This document shows, one piece after another, positions 7,449-18,100 of a stretch of DNA of 57,837 bases. How positions within the stretch are numbered: position 1 is the stretch's first letter; the number at the start of each line of letters is the position of its first letter. The DNA comes from a virus (Duplodnaviria; Caudoviricetes). The notes under the pieces are model-generated. The model was not told where the DNA came from. It did no database searches and saw only the letters and a program-made list of their open reading frames with translations. Position numbers and translations under genes: made by a program. The DNA is taken from IMG/VR virus record IMGVR_UViG_3300042923_000257, positions 1 through 57,837 of that record; one strand, given 5' to 3'.

Positions 7449-7578
7449 GTAAGTGACTCGCGCGCGGGGGCGTGCGAGCGAGCAGGCGTGGCCGGGCCCG
7501 CGAGAGCGAACCCGACCGAACCTGGTCGGCCAACCTAGTGAGATTGGTCGAACGAAAAGGCCCGTAAGTGACTCGCGC
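7449..7578. repeat. 15-bp direct repeat GTAAGTGACTCGCGC (7449-7463, 7564-7578); third copy at 8976-8990
   Basis: Two exact copies; GTAAGCAACTCGCGC at 8976. Confidence 0.7.
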
Positions 7579-7582
7579 CGGC

Positions 7583-8650
7583 TTACGCCTTCGGCACCTT
7601 CAGTTGGTCCCAGGTCTGCTTACCGGGCCAACCGTCAGCAGCAGTGCCGCGGTGACCCTTCTTGAGCTGCCACTTCCGGTAGCTCTTGCGGTCAGCCTCG
7701 GTCCACTGAGGACCAGGACCAGAGCTGTAAGCGGAGCAACCCTCGGCAACCAGACGCTTGCCCATACGGGTGATGAGGTCAGATCGCGGAGCCTTCTTGA
7801 AGTACGCCTCACCCGGGTAGGGCTCGTACTCCACCTTGGCCGGGGGCTTGGAGGCAGTCTTCCCAGGAACCTTGAGCTTCTGCCCAGGCTTGATGACGTA
7901 AGGGGCCTTCAGGCTGTTGAGCTTGGCAAGCTCCTGCCAGTCGACCTTCAGCTTCCGGCCAATACCCGAGAGGGTGTCGCCGGCCAGGACCGTGTAGGTG
8001 GAGCCGGTGGGCTTGGGCTCAGCCGGCTTCTGCGGGGTCGTGGTGGTCTTACCCTTCAGGGCCTCTTCGAGGTCATCCCGGACAAGGTCCATGTCCATCA
8101 TCTTGCCGGGGGCGTAACCCGGGTCCCACTTACCGGGGGACCCCGACTCACCATGCCCGATCAGGCTGTACTTGTTCCACCCGTGGAAGTCGTGAACAGC
8201 AGCAGCAAGCTTGATCAGGGCCTTGTACTGGGCATCCGTCATCTTGTGGGAACCCGAGTACCAGATTTCAACGCCGTAGAAATGCCGGTTGAAGTCGGTG
8301 TTCGACTCGTTGTCGACAGGAGCCGGACGCTCGTCTATGACAGCGTCCAGGACGTCATCATCCCCAAGACCGGCATGGTTGGCACGACCCCAGCCGATGA
8401 GGTGGACAGTGCCGTCCTGGGCCAGGCCGAAGTGACAGAGCGGGCCAGGAAGCCCGGAGATGCCGTTGTAGAGAAGGGAACGCTGGTCCTTGGCATCACT
8501 ACCCGTGTGGTGGACCATGAAGCCGTGCATAGGGCCCCAAGGGCCCTTGTGGTTACGGTTGTGGGTCTCCCAACCCTGGTATTCCTTGTACGAGACTCCC
8601 CACTTCTTGAGCTGAGCAAGAATCTGAGTTGGAGTCATGGGAGTAGCCAT
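7583..8650 (-). CDS. Endolysin: N-acetylmuramoyl-L-alanine amidase + LysM + peptidoglycan-binding domain
   Basis: HHTG, GRANHAG, GVEI, GH.E..KWDP amidase motifs; YTVLAGDTLSGI LysM; ADGWPG..TW. Confidence 0.93.
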   Translation of the reverse strand: MATPMTPTQILAQLKKWGVSYKEYQGWETHNRNHKGPWGPMHGFMVHHTGSDAKDQRSLLYNGISGLPGPLCHFGLAQDGTVHLIGWGRANHAGLGDDDVLDAVIDERPAPVDNESNTDFNRHFYGVEIWYSGSHKMTDAQYKALIKLAAAVHDFHGWNKYSLIGHGESGSPGKWDPGYAPGKMMDMDLVRDDLEEALKGKTTTTPQKPAEPKPTGSTYTVLAGDTLSGIGRKLKVDWQELAKLNSLKAPYVIKPGQKLKVPGKTASKPPAKVEYEPYPGEAYFKKAPRSDLITRMGKRLVAEGCSAYSSGPGPQWTEADRKSYRKWQLKKGHRGTAADGWPGKQTWDQLKVPKA

Positions 8651-8919
8651 TAGAGCCCCCTCTGTATTCGAAGCTCTTCGAGCTTCTGTGGGTCAATGGT
8701 GGAGAGCAGGGAAACCAAGTTGCGGTTGTACTGCTCCAGATGTGTAAGCCGGTTCTTGATTTCTTCCAGCTCTCCGAAGAGGCGATCGGCGCGAGTCTTC
8801 TGGGCCTCGGCCTCTTCCTTCCAGATGCGGGCGGAGTTAGTTCGAATGCTTGCGGCCACGAGGGCAGCGGCGCCGGAAATGCCGGCTAGGGCCCCGCCAA
8901 GGTTTATGAGATCGAGCAA
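8650..8919 (-). CDS. Membrane protein, probable holin
   Basis: N-terminal TM plus coiled coil; coupled to the endolysin. Confidence 0.6.
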   Translation of the reverse strand: MLDLINLGGALAGISGAAALVAASIRTNSARIWKEEAEAQKTRADRLFGELEEIKNRLTHLEQYNRNLVSLLSTIDPQKLEELRIQRGL

Positions 8920-9041
8920 GGTTCCCCCTCATATGGAATCCGCACGAAGACGAAAACCACTGAGCGGGGATCTTCGTAAGCAACTCGCGCGGCTAAGTGG
9001 TCATGAGTGAGGGGCCGCCCCCGACAGGACGACCCCTTTGT

Positions 9042-9054
9042 GTCTCGTTTCAAC
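9042..9054 (-). promoter_or_regulatory. Operator/stoperator site
   Basis: Reverse complement is GTTGAAACGAGAC, just after the spike gene stop. Confidence 0.8.
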
Positions 9055-9059
9055 TTTGG

Positions 9060-11717
9060 TCACGCGCCAAGGTTGTTGGTCGGGGTTGTTCCCGCACCTG
9101 CGTACTCCAGAACGCCAACAGCCAGAGTGCCCTTGGTGATCAGGATGTTTCCGGTGATCATGTTGGGGCCGGCATCTCCCATGGCCTCTTCCCGAATGAG
9201 AGACCTCGTCCGGCCATCAGTCGGAGACGAGGTCAGGGTGTTGCCCTGAATGTTGTTGTTCTTCGAGCCGTACTCCAGGTGGATACCGGAGACCTGCCCA
9301 TTCAGGGTGCCTACCTCACCAGGACTGAAGATGGTGCAAGCCGAGACGATGTTGCCAGTAGCCGCAATGAAGACGGAATCTCCAGCAGTGCCATCGAAGT
9401 TGCATCCAACAATCTTGGTAGCACTACAGTCCTGAAGACGAACACCCTTGGTGTTGTTCGTTGCCCCACCGACGAAGTTGCACGAGTCGATGAACTGCGT
9501 TCCCGCCCGGTCAAGGATGCAAGTAGCGGTCTCAAGCCCTGTACCTCCGGAGCCTCCGAGGAACTCGAAGTCACAGCCGATGATCTGGTTCTCATCGCTG
9601 CTGTTCATCTGGATTCCACGGCCAGGCCCAGGAGAGGTCATGGACTCATCGAAGAGGCATCCGATCACCCGGTTGTTGTGGCCGAAGGCAGCATTGTTCA
9701 TGCCCCCCAGGTACAGGGCATCATCCCGGCATGCGATGAAGTGGACGTTGTCGAACCGGCAAGCCACTGCACCGGCACCGTAGAGACCACCAGAGGTGCC
9801 CGCGGTGCCCTGCTCCAGGCAGTTGCCGTCAATGGTGAGATCCCGAACCGTGATCCTGGTGTCCTCACCGGTCATGCGGAAGATGTAGCAGTTGCTGGCA
9901 CCCTTGAGCTTGACCCGTGCACCCCAACCAGAGCCGATAAGGGCGTAACCCTCACCAGCAGGCAGGACAACAGGAGTTGAGACGAGGAAGGTGCCGGTGG
10001 GGAAGTAGACGGTCGTCTTGTCGGCAGCAGCTTGGTTCACTGCGGCCTGGATAGCCGCGGTGTCGTCAGAGAGGCCGTCTCCTCGTGCACCGAAAGCCTT
10101 GACGTTGTGCCAGCCAAGGGCAGCATCTGAGGCGTCGATGACAACTCGGTCTTCGGCGTAATTGTTACCGGCCACTGTGGTGATCATGCCCAGGGTAACT
10201 CGGTTGTTGTTGCCTTCGTCGTACAGCCCCGCAGTCAGGCCGTGGAGGTAGGCGTTGTCGATCTGCACGTCCCGAGCACCGCCGATGCGGATGCCGTACT
10301 GGGGAGAGGTGTTGGCTGTACCACCATCGTCCGTGCCCACGTAGCAGGTGACCCCGTTGACGACCACAGGAGACTGATTGCCGAGCTTCAGGCCGGCGTA
10401 GCCACCACCACCAGGACCACCGTTACGGCCGTCTCTCCGGGTCATCAGAGCGTTGATGAGGATGGCACCGTTACCGGTGCTGTCCACCCGGACACCGTCC
10501 CAGGCGTTGCGGTCAGTCGAGCAATTGGACAGGGTCATGGAGCCCGAGCCGGGCCAGTTGCCCCAAGCTCCAGTGATGTGGAAGCCAAACTCACCGTTCC
10601 ACTCGGCCCGGCACTTCTCCACGATGGTGTTGGCACAGTTGACCAACTTGAAGCCACTGAACTTGGAGCCGATGACCTGGCAGTCCTCAAGGGTGAGGTC
10701 AGTGTTCCTCTCGAAGATCATGCCTGCGCCCTTGACGTTGTCCACCATCACGGAGTGGAGGCGCCAGGAGTACGGCCAATCACCGGCAGCGTTGGGGGCG
10801 GAAGTGATGCCGTCGTGGGAGACCTTGCGGATACAGACGTCCCGCATGACAACGTTCTGAACGTTGCCCTTGGCATAGATACCGTCAACGATCGGGCCGG
10901 TAGCCTTCGATCCGTCAAGCATCAGGTTGTAGAGGCGCTGTTCGCCGTTGATGGCAGGGTGAACTCCGTCGTTCTCCCCGACAATCCGGATCATAGCCCC
11001 TCCAGTGAAGGAGGGGAGGGCCTGGATATAGCAAGGGAAGTCGTTGTCCGTCATCCCAGGACCGACCATCAAGTTCGAGTGAGATCCCTGAAGGGTGATG
11101 CCCCGAGGAAGGTCAAGGGGCTGGGAGGTGCGGTACACGCCCTTGGGTAGGTGGACCACTCCACCGATGCCGGCTGCGTTGATCGCAGTCTGAAGAGCCG
11201 TGGTGTCATCTGCTATGCCATCACCAACGGCGCTGTAGGGAGCATCCTGCACGTTGATCCATACGGAGGAGCCCCCTCCTCCACCTCCACCAGATCCGGT
11301 GGGGAGTTGGGCCGTAGGAACCTTCCCGAACTCGTCCAGAGTGGCAATGCCGTTAGCGGCACCCTTCTGGGCGTTGACCTCCTCCAGGGCGTCAGCCTTG
11401 GAACCGTGGGGGTCTTCCGCTTCGATGTGTGCTGCGAAGTCGGTAGCGAGGTTGACCGGGGTCATGGCCACTCGGCCGGCTCCGAAGTCTGCGTAGAGCA
11501 GGGTGACACCGTCAGGGCCGTAGAAGTGCTGCACCATGCCCTGGGTGTCAGACACGAGGGAAGTGATGGGGTTACCAGACGCGTCCTGGAGGTCAAGTAT
11601 TTGAGCAGCCCCAACCGTAGGACCGTCGTAAACGGTGCCTACGGCGTCAGGGACTCGCACGCCTTCAACGTCCTCAGCAACATCAGCGGCTGAACCACCA
11701 AACAGATTTCTAGCCAT
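9060..11717 (-). CDS. Tail spike/fibre with two tandem pectate-lyase-like beta-helix domains
   Basis: NVQ..YSAVGDGIADDT.A.Q.AIN and NVKAFGARGDGLSDDTAAIQAA caps; beta-helix repeats. Confidence 0.85.
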   Translation of the reverse strand: MARNLFGGSAADVAEDVEGVRVPDAVGTVYDGPTVGAAQILDLQDASGNPITSLVSDTQGMVQHFYGPDGVTLLYADFGAGRVAMTPVNLATDFAAHIEAEDPHGSKADALEEVNAQKGAANGIATLDEFGKVPTAQLPTGSGGGGGGGSSVWINVQDAPYSAVGDGIADDTTALQTAINAAGIGGVVHLPKGVYRTSQPLDLPRGITLQGSHSNLMVGPGMTDNDFPCYIQALPSFTGGAMIRIVGENDGVHPAINGEQRLYNLMLDGSKATGPIVDGIYAKGNVQNVVMRDVCIRKVSHDGITSAPNAAGDWPYSWRLHSVMVDNVKGAGMIFERNTDLTLEDCQVIGSKFSGFKLVNCANTIVEKCRAEWNGEFGFHITGAWGNWPGSGSMTLSNCSTDRNAWDGVRVDSTGNGAILINALMTRRDGRNGGPGGGGYAGLKLGNQSPVVVNGVTCYVGTDDGGTANTSPQYGIRIGGARDVQIDNAYLHGLTAGLYDEGNNNRVTLGMITTVAGNNYAEDRVVIDASDAALGWHNVKAFGARGDGLSDDTAAIQAAVNQAAADKTTVYFPTGTFLVSTPVVLPAGEGYALIGSGWGARVKLKGASNCYIFRMTGEDTRITVRDLTIDGNCLEQGTAGTSGGLYGAGAVACRFDNVHFIACRDDALYLGGMNNAAFGHNNRVIGCLFDESMTSPGPGRGIQMNSSDENQIIGCDFEFLGGSGGTGLETATCILDRAGTQFIDSCNFVGGATNNTKGVRLQDCSATKIVGCNFDGTAGDSVFIAATGNIVSACTIFSPGEVGTLNGQVSGIHLEYGSKNNNIQGNTLTSSPTDGRTRSLIREEAMGDAGPNMITGNILITKGTLAVGVLEYAGAGTTPTNNLGA

Positions 11718-11728
11718 AGTTCCTCCGC

Positions 11729-12796
11729 TTAGTCAAAGTCGTTTGTCTCGTAGACTCCCGTGATGGTCAGCACCGACTTGGCAGGAATCGTCTTAAGACC
11801 GTCCAACCCCTCCTTGAGGGTGTTGAAGTTGGTGTAGTGCAGATAACAGTTGGTGTTTCCACCATTCTCGTTCTTGCCCACAATGTGGAGAAAGTTCGGG
11901 AAGCTGTTCCGCTTCTCCGGGTTGTCTAGGAACCCGTAGAGGATGGTGTTGGTGGCCTTGGAGGTCGGCACAGGGAGAGTGAAGCCTATGGACCATCCTC
12001 CCGAAGCGGCATTAACCGCTGAGGTGGAGGTGTTGGAGATCCTCATGGAGAAGTACACGAGGCCCGGAGCGATGTACCTCCAGTAGCCCTTGCGGTTGGC
12101 CGCAGAAGGCTTGTTGGTCACCGTGAAGAGGTCCGGGGTGTACTCGACTCGGGATCCGAGGTGACGGGTGACTGCCTGGCCGTCCCGGCCCATGAAGCCT
12201 TCAAACTGGGCTCCGTCCTGGTTGGTGTCCATGTCCAGGAAGAAGGTGCCGCGGGGCATCAGCGCCGCGCTGTTCCCCGAGTTGATCGGGTAGACCACAT
12301 GCTGAGGCTGGTCGAACGGCATACGGAGGTTGAGGCTCACGGTGGCGTTGTTCGCTCCCGCGTTGACCTCCCAAAGAGGCAGCTCCCACAGAGAGCCGAC
12401 CTGCCGGCGGGGCTGGGGGACGACCGGGCTCGCAGCCGGCGTTCCCTGGACGAGCTTGATGTTCGTTGATCCGGTGGACATGTTCGTCTGGACGACGATC
12501 AGATCCTTCCGCGGGTTGGCGGTCAGGTTGTCCGGCACCGTGACGGTGAGAGGGGCAGTGAGTTCGTAGTAGAAGCCCCCAACCCAAGCCTTGCCAGGCT
12601 GGATTACTACGTTGCGGTTGGTGTTCACCCCAGCAGAGAAGGGGAGCGCGGTGCTTGCATAAGTAGTTGCGGTGAGCTGGAAGTCCACTCGGTCCCCGCC
12701 CCACAGGCGGGCCATGGACTGCCACTGGACCTGGGAGAGGTTCTTACTTCCACCACCGGCTGAGTCATCCGCAAACGGGTAGCTGATTTCTGCCAT
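11729..12796 (-). CDS. Minor tail protein
   Basis: MAEISYPF..., V.PG.AWV.G..Y, NPR.D.IV motifs; position in tail cluster. Confidence 0.8.
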   Translation of the reverse strand: MAEISYPFADDSAGGGSKNLSQVQWQSMARLWGGDRVDFQLTATTYASTALPFSAGVNTNRNVVIQPGKAWVGGFYYELTAPLTVTVPDNLTANPRKDLIVVQTNMSTGSTNIKLVQGTPAASPVVPQPRRQVGSLWELPLWEVNAGANNATVSLNLRMPFDQPQHVVYPINSGNSAALMPRGTFFLDMDTNQDGAQFEGFMGRDGQAVTRHLGSRVEYTPDLFTVTNKPSAANRKGYWRYIAPGLVYFSMRISNTSTSAVNAASGGWSIGFTLPVPTSKATNTILYGFLDNPEKRNSFPNFLHIVGKNENGGNTNCYLHYTNFNTLKEGLDGLKTIPAKSVLTITGVYETNDFD

Positions 12797-12797
12797 T

Positions 12798-14189
12798 TCA
12801 CATCCTCGCTTCCAGTTTGCGCAGCTTCTCACGCATCTCAAATACGGACTTGTAGAGGTTCAGAGGGTCACCACTTCCTTGCTCCCCAATCTTCGGGGAG
12901 ACCGTTACGGCGTTTCCTCCGTCGTCAACGGTGATGTTCACTTCCCGGACCATGTCCACGTACTCGGCTCCGTCGATCTCCACGGTCACAAAGTCACCGA
13001 CGAAGTAGTCCCGACCGAACTTGGTCTGCGCAGTGTCAATGGGGTAGATCTGGAAGTTGCCGTTCTTCTCACCTTCCTTGAGGACGTCATCCGCGGCCTG
13101 CTCAATGACGTCTACGTAGTAGGCAATAGCTACCGGCTTGGCTTCTATGGTCTCGTACACCACAGCGTCATACTCGACGTCATGGTTGCCCTCAGGGTCA
13201 GCCTCAACGGCGTCCTCGTAAGCAGCCTTGGCCGCTGCAAGCTCTGGAGTCCATTCCTGCCCATCGGGGTTCGTCCCGATGTCTTCCCAGCCGTTGTCCA
13301 GCTTCTTGGTAACCAAGGTGGGCTGACCGTTCGAGGCAGTCTTGAGAGGGATGTCCCTGCGGTCCACGAACTGCTCAATCTGGAGGCCCCACTCAATTTC
13401 TGAGGCTGAGTCAATCTTCTGCCAGACGTAGCGTTCCTTGCCTTCGCCCTGGCAGGCGACGATGACCCGAGTCACCTTCGGAGCGGACAGGGTCCAGACG
13501 AACTCCCGGAGGTTGCCAAGTTCAGGAGAGAACCGGACCGACTTGGAGAGGTCCCGAGGCGTGTAGACGTCCAGGTCAATCGTCTTGGTGTTGGGGTTGT
13601 AGAGCAGTTGCCAACCGGTCTTCTTGGTACTGCACCACTCCATCAGCTTTTCCCCGATGACGTCGTACCTGAGAGTATCTGCCTTGAGGTCAGCGAACGG
13701 AGTAGGTGGAGTTCCTACATTGACGCCGGCTACCCGTCGATTGGCGATGGCAGAAGGCCCCAGAGCCTTGTCTATCTCGTTCCATACCAAGGTGTTCACG
13801 GCGCCTCTGGCCGCACGTACGTCCATCGGGCTTGACCACTGCTGAGAGACAGACTTGGAGGGGTCAGGGAAGGCAAGCCTGGAGAACGCAAGCTTGTTGT
13901 CTGTCTTCCCACCGACGAAGACCGATCCATCTGAGGAGTGCTGGACAGTGGTCCAGTACTTCTGGAAGTCCTCAATCTGCCCTGTCAGTAGAGGCTTCTC
14001 CACACCATCCTGGTAGATGGCTACCCCGCCACCTCGCTGAAGCAGCTCGGCTTGCGGAGTACCCGCCTTGACCAGGAGCTTCCAAGAGCCCTGGTCACAG
14101 AACTGGATTACCATGTCAAGCTGAATCCAAGTGTCAATCTCACCAATGCGGTTCAGATCCTTGTCCCGCACCTCAATTCTGTAGCCCAT
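12798..14189 (-). CDS. Minor tail protein (ReqiPepy6 Gp37-like hub)
   Basis: GQGEG.ER-like, EQFVDRRD, FGRDY.VGD.VTV motifs. Confidence 0.85.
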   Translation of the reverse strand: MGYRIEVRDKDLNRIGEIDTWIQLDMVIQFCDQGSWKLLVKAGTPQAELLQRGGGVAIYQDGVEKPLLTGQIEDFQKYWTTVQHSSDGSVFVGGKTDNKLAFSRLAFPDPSKSVSQQWSSPMDVRAARGAVNTLVWNEIDKALGPSAIANRRVAGVNVGTPPTPFADLKADTLRYDVIGEKLMEWCSTKKTGWQLLYNPNTKTIDLDVYTPRDLSKSVRFSPELGNLREFVWTLSAPKVTRVIVACQGEGKERYVWQKIDSASEIEWGLQIEQFVDRRDIPLKTASNGQPTLVTKKLDNGWEDIGTNPDGQEWTPELAAAKAAYEDAVEADPEGNHDVEYDAVVYETIEAKPVAIAYYVDVIEQAADDVLKEGEKNGNFQIYPIDTAQTKFGRDYFVGDFVTVEIDGAEYVDMVREVNITVDDGGNAVTVSPKIGEQGSGDPLNLYKSVFEMREKLRKLEARM

Positions 14190-14190
14190 A

Positions 14191-15180
14191 TCAGTAGCCC
14201 TCGTATCTCGGCTGGAATATCAGCCGTACCTTGGCTCCCGTAGCACCAGGAAGAATGTCGACGGTGCACGTTGAATCGCCTTCGGGGAGTGACCAGAGCT
14301 GAGGGTTGGCATCAAGGTCCGGCCAGTAGTTCGTTCCTTGGTCGTCCTTCAAGGACTTGTATCCGGGTCTCGTATCAACTGTGAGAGTACGGCCTGCGGG
14401 GACAACGTCAGAGCCGTCTCCAGGAGGAGTGACCCCGAAGGACTGCCCCTCAGGACTGACGAAGGTGAAGCCCTTGATGGGCCCTTCCAGCTCCCACCGC
14501 GGCCACGCTTCGACGTCTCCCGGATTGGAGACGTCGACTGAAGAGCCCGACACCATCCCTGCGTTCAGGCGCAGGGGATAGAACGCCTCGGTCGTGGAGA
14601 AGAACGCCTGCCCGCCACCGAACTCCCACTGAGCCACCTGGACATCGTCCGAGTAGAAGTAGGGGTCGTAGGCGACGAGTTGGATCCCGAACTTCTTCCA
14701 GGTGAAGCCGGACTGGTCCTGAGCCTCACTGCCCTCCATGCCGCTCTTGTAGTAGCACTTGAGGTAGCGGGGGACTCCGTCCCCTTCCACGAACTTCAGT
14801 ACACAGAACCCCTTCTTGGGGTTCAGGGATGTCACAAGCTTCTTTTGCAGAGCCTTCACGGTCTGTCTGTCAATGCCGTGTAGGTAGATCGGGAGCATGA
14901 CTTCCCGGGCAACTGCCCGAGCATCCCGGAAGATCCCCCCATCAAGATTGGGGCTGTCATCCGAGTGCAGTTCGAACGGAGGTGCATCCAACCCCGTAGC
15001 GCCGGGCATCATGAAGATGCCCGGCCACTTCGAGTTAGAGAAGTCAGTGAGGGGGATTTCCTCCCCCTCACCGTTCTTCCCTCGGATGGATACGTATGTC
15101 CGTCCCCAATGCACCGGCTGAGGGGGCTGGGGCCCTGTGGGCGTAGGCGTGATAACCCGCCTTAGCACCGGAATAGGCAT
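14191..15180 (-). CDS. Distal tail protein (Dit-like)
   Basis: Follows tape measure; A.DPYFY, NPGDVEAWP.W...GP. Confidence 0.85.
   Translation of the reverse strand: MPIPVLRRVITPTPTGPQPPQPVHWGRTYVSIRGKNGEGEEIPLTDFSNSKWPGIFMMPGATGLDAPPFELHSDDSPNLDGGIFRDARAVAREVMLPIYLHGIDRQTVKALQKKLVTSLNPKKGFCVLKFVEGDGVPRYLKCYYKSGMEGSEAQDQSGFTWKKFGIQLVAYDPYFYSDDVQVAQWEFGGGQAFFSTTEAFYPLRLNAGMVSGSSVDVSNPGDVEAWPRWELEGPIKGFTFVSPEGQSFGVTPPGDGSDVVPAGRTLTVDTRPGYKSLKDDQGTNYWPDLDANPQLWSLPEGDSTCTVDILPGATGAKVRLIFQPRYEGY
14367..14379 (-). promoter_or_regulatory. Intragenic operator/stoperator site
   Basis: Reverse complement is GTTGATACGAGAC. Confidence 0.65.
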
Positions 15181-15195
15181 ACGTCCACCTCTTTC

Positions 15196-18100
15196 TTAGA
15201 GTCGACTGCCGTACATGGCATCAATCCACTGGAAGCCTCGGAGAATTGCCTGAGGCGTGGTCTCGTGCTTGGCTTCCTGCACCGTCACGGAAATCGGCCG
15301 ACTGCCAACCGCAAGGAGGGCTTCCGTATCCTGGTTGTTGTAGACCCGCTGTCCGCCCTTACCGAAGTCGATAAGCTCCGGCCCCTTCTCGCCCACCAGG
15401 GCGAGGCCGGGAGACGCTGAAAGCGTCCCAGTGGCGTACGCCGCGGGGATGGAAGGCTTGAAGCCGTAGGTGTCAGTGAAGAGGCTGCTATTCCAACCTC
15501 GTGCACCAGGACCGACAATGACGCCAGCACCACCACGAGACTCCACATTGACCCCATTAAGGGTGCCCGCTGTGTGACCAACACCCTTATTCGTAATGCC
15601 AATCATGAACGGGGCCTTGAGCCCGCGGATCCATCCGGAAGGAGCCTTGCTACCGGAGAATGCCCCGGTAGCCCAGCGACGGTGAGGCTTCTCACCGCGG
15701 ATAACGGATTCGATGGCGCTCATAAACCCTGAGCAGTCCCATGAAGGGTTACCGTTTCCACCCCACTGATAGGGAAGGCCGTGCTGAGTACGAGCCCAGG
15801 TAAGGGCCCGGCCAGTGCCTGGCCCACCACTCTCAATGACCTTATCGAAGTCAGGCTTCTTTGCCGTCAGCTTGTCGTCCTCGGAGAAGTCGAAAAGCCC
15901 CTTCATGTTGGGAAGGGAGTCCTTCGCCGTGGAATAGATATCGCTGACAACCTGCTCGGCATAGTCCTTGGGGCTCTGCCAGATCTCCTTCAGACCCTGC
16001 ACCGTGCTGGTTACGCCGGCATAGGATTCCTTGGTCATCTCCCAGACACCTGACAGGGCGTCCTTGATGGTGCCGTACGGGTCGGATGCAAACGACGTTG
16101 CTGAGTTGAAGAACCCCGTGATGGTGTCCCAGATGTTGTCCAGTGAGTTGGTGATTATCTTGGTGATGGCACTCGGGGAGAACATGTGCTGGAGGAAGGT
16201 GTTTCCTCGCTCCACAATGTTTCCTGAGCCCTTCCAGACATCATCCCAGAAGTGCTCACCGGCAACCGGGGCAAGGGCACCACCGATGGTGCCCAGTACC
16301 TGGCTGGCTCCGTTGGACGGAAGCCTCCGCAGAAGCGTCCAGGCGTCCTTGGACATGAAGTTCCGGACAGTATCCAGACGAACGGAGGTGTCACCACCAA
16401 TGAAGTGACCACTGTCCGTACCAGAACCGATGATGCCCCTCTGGACGCCGCCCCCGAGAGGGCGAGACGAGGAATCCATGTCCATGGTGCGGGAAGCACC
16501 AATGACGTCGACACCGAGGTTGAAGCCTCGTGCGGTGTCGATGATTCCCTGAAGACCAAGCTTCTCGATGATGCCGCCGTTAGCGAACTGCATTGCATCC
16601 CGGACACCGTGAACGCCCTTGGTGCGGGCGATCTGGTTAAGCCTGTTGACTTCCTGCTCACCGACAGCAGCGGTGAACTCGGGGCGCATGACAGCCTCAC
16701 CACCGGACAGGTCCAGCGTGCCGGCCGTGGGGCTGAAGAACCGGTGGACGTCGACACCGGGCGTGTAGCCCGGAAGAACGCCACCCATGGCCTTCTTCTT
16801 TTTCTTGCCGCCCCCTCCGCCACCAGGCGCATGCGCGGAGATGTCATTCAGGGAGCTGTTGAGGTTGTCGGCCTTGCCGTCCGCCCCGTCCAGAGCATCC
16901 TTCAAGTCCTTGACAGCCGCAATGATGCTCTTCAGGCTTCGCCCGTTGAGTGTCGTAATCCGGCCGTTCACACCAGACTTGGTGGTACCAACCGTCTTGT
17001 AGACCTCATTGGCCGCGGAGTTGAGCTGATTGAACTGCTTGCGGACATTACCGAGTCCAGCTCGGTTCAGGTTGTTCACCCTGTCCCGGACTTCCTTGAC
17101 CTTGGTCTCCAAGCCAGCAGCCGTCTTGGTGGTGTCCCGGAACTGTTCCTGAAGGGAGTTCAGGTTCTTCCGGTTGAGGTCACTTACGGCAACCGCGGCG
17201 TTGTCCGTCTTGTTCTTCAGGTCAGCGACGGTGCCCTCAGCACCGTCGATCGTCACCTTCAGTTGGGTGAGCTTCTGGTCATTCAGGTTGCCGAAGGCAG
17301 CCTTAGAATCCCGGACCTTCTCCGTCAGGCTGCGCACCTTGTCCTGGAGGTCGGAGACCTCACCAGACACCTGATTGAGGTTCTGATTGTTGAGCTGGTT
17401 CACACCCTGGGTGGCCTGAGTTACCTGCTGATTGGCGTTCTGGGCAGCACCCTGGAGGGTGTTGTTCCCCGAGCCGGCGAACTGATCCACCAACTGACGG
17501 ATGGAGACACTGTTGACTTCCCGGATCTGACGCTGAAGGTCGGTAATCCCGTCCTCAGCCTGCCTGATGGCATCCTCGGTGTCCCGGATGGACTGACGGA
17601 GCTGGTTGGACCCAGAGTCTCGACCAGTGACCCGGTCACGAGCACGAGCAACAGGACCACGGATGTCCCCGCCACGAAGCTCAGTGCGACGCTCCCGGTA
17701 GCGGTTGGTCATCCGGTCACGGATGCTCCCTGCATCTCCGTCACCACTCATGCCGGCACGGACGGCAGATCCGACCTGGCGACCTGTACGGGTGACACCT
17801 CGAAGGCCCTTGAACATGCCTGCAAGAGGAGTCAGAGCAGCACCGAGGATCTTGTTGACCTTACCCAGGAGCTTCGTCCCGAGCCCGAGAGCGATGATGA
17901 AGGGAAGAGCAGCAGCAGCCATCTTCAGGAGGTTTGCGAAGACCTCCTTCACCTGAGGATGAGCGTTCAGCCAGTCCGAGAACCACTGAATCTGATCCAC
18001 GAACGTTCCGATGGAGGAGAAGAACGTCTTGAGGAGTTCGGTGACATTGTCCTTCTGGTCGCCACCGAGTTCCTGGACCTTCTGAAGAAGGCCACCCTCG

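Noticed and set aside
14270-14282. Partial operator GTTGAATCG on + within the Dit gene
   Set aside because: Only the first 9 of 13 positions match and the orientation opposes transcription.
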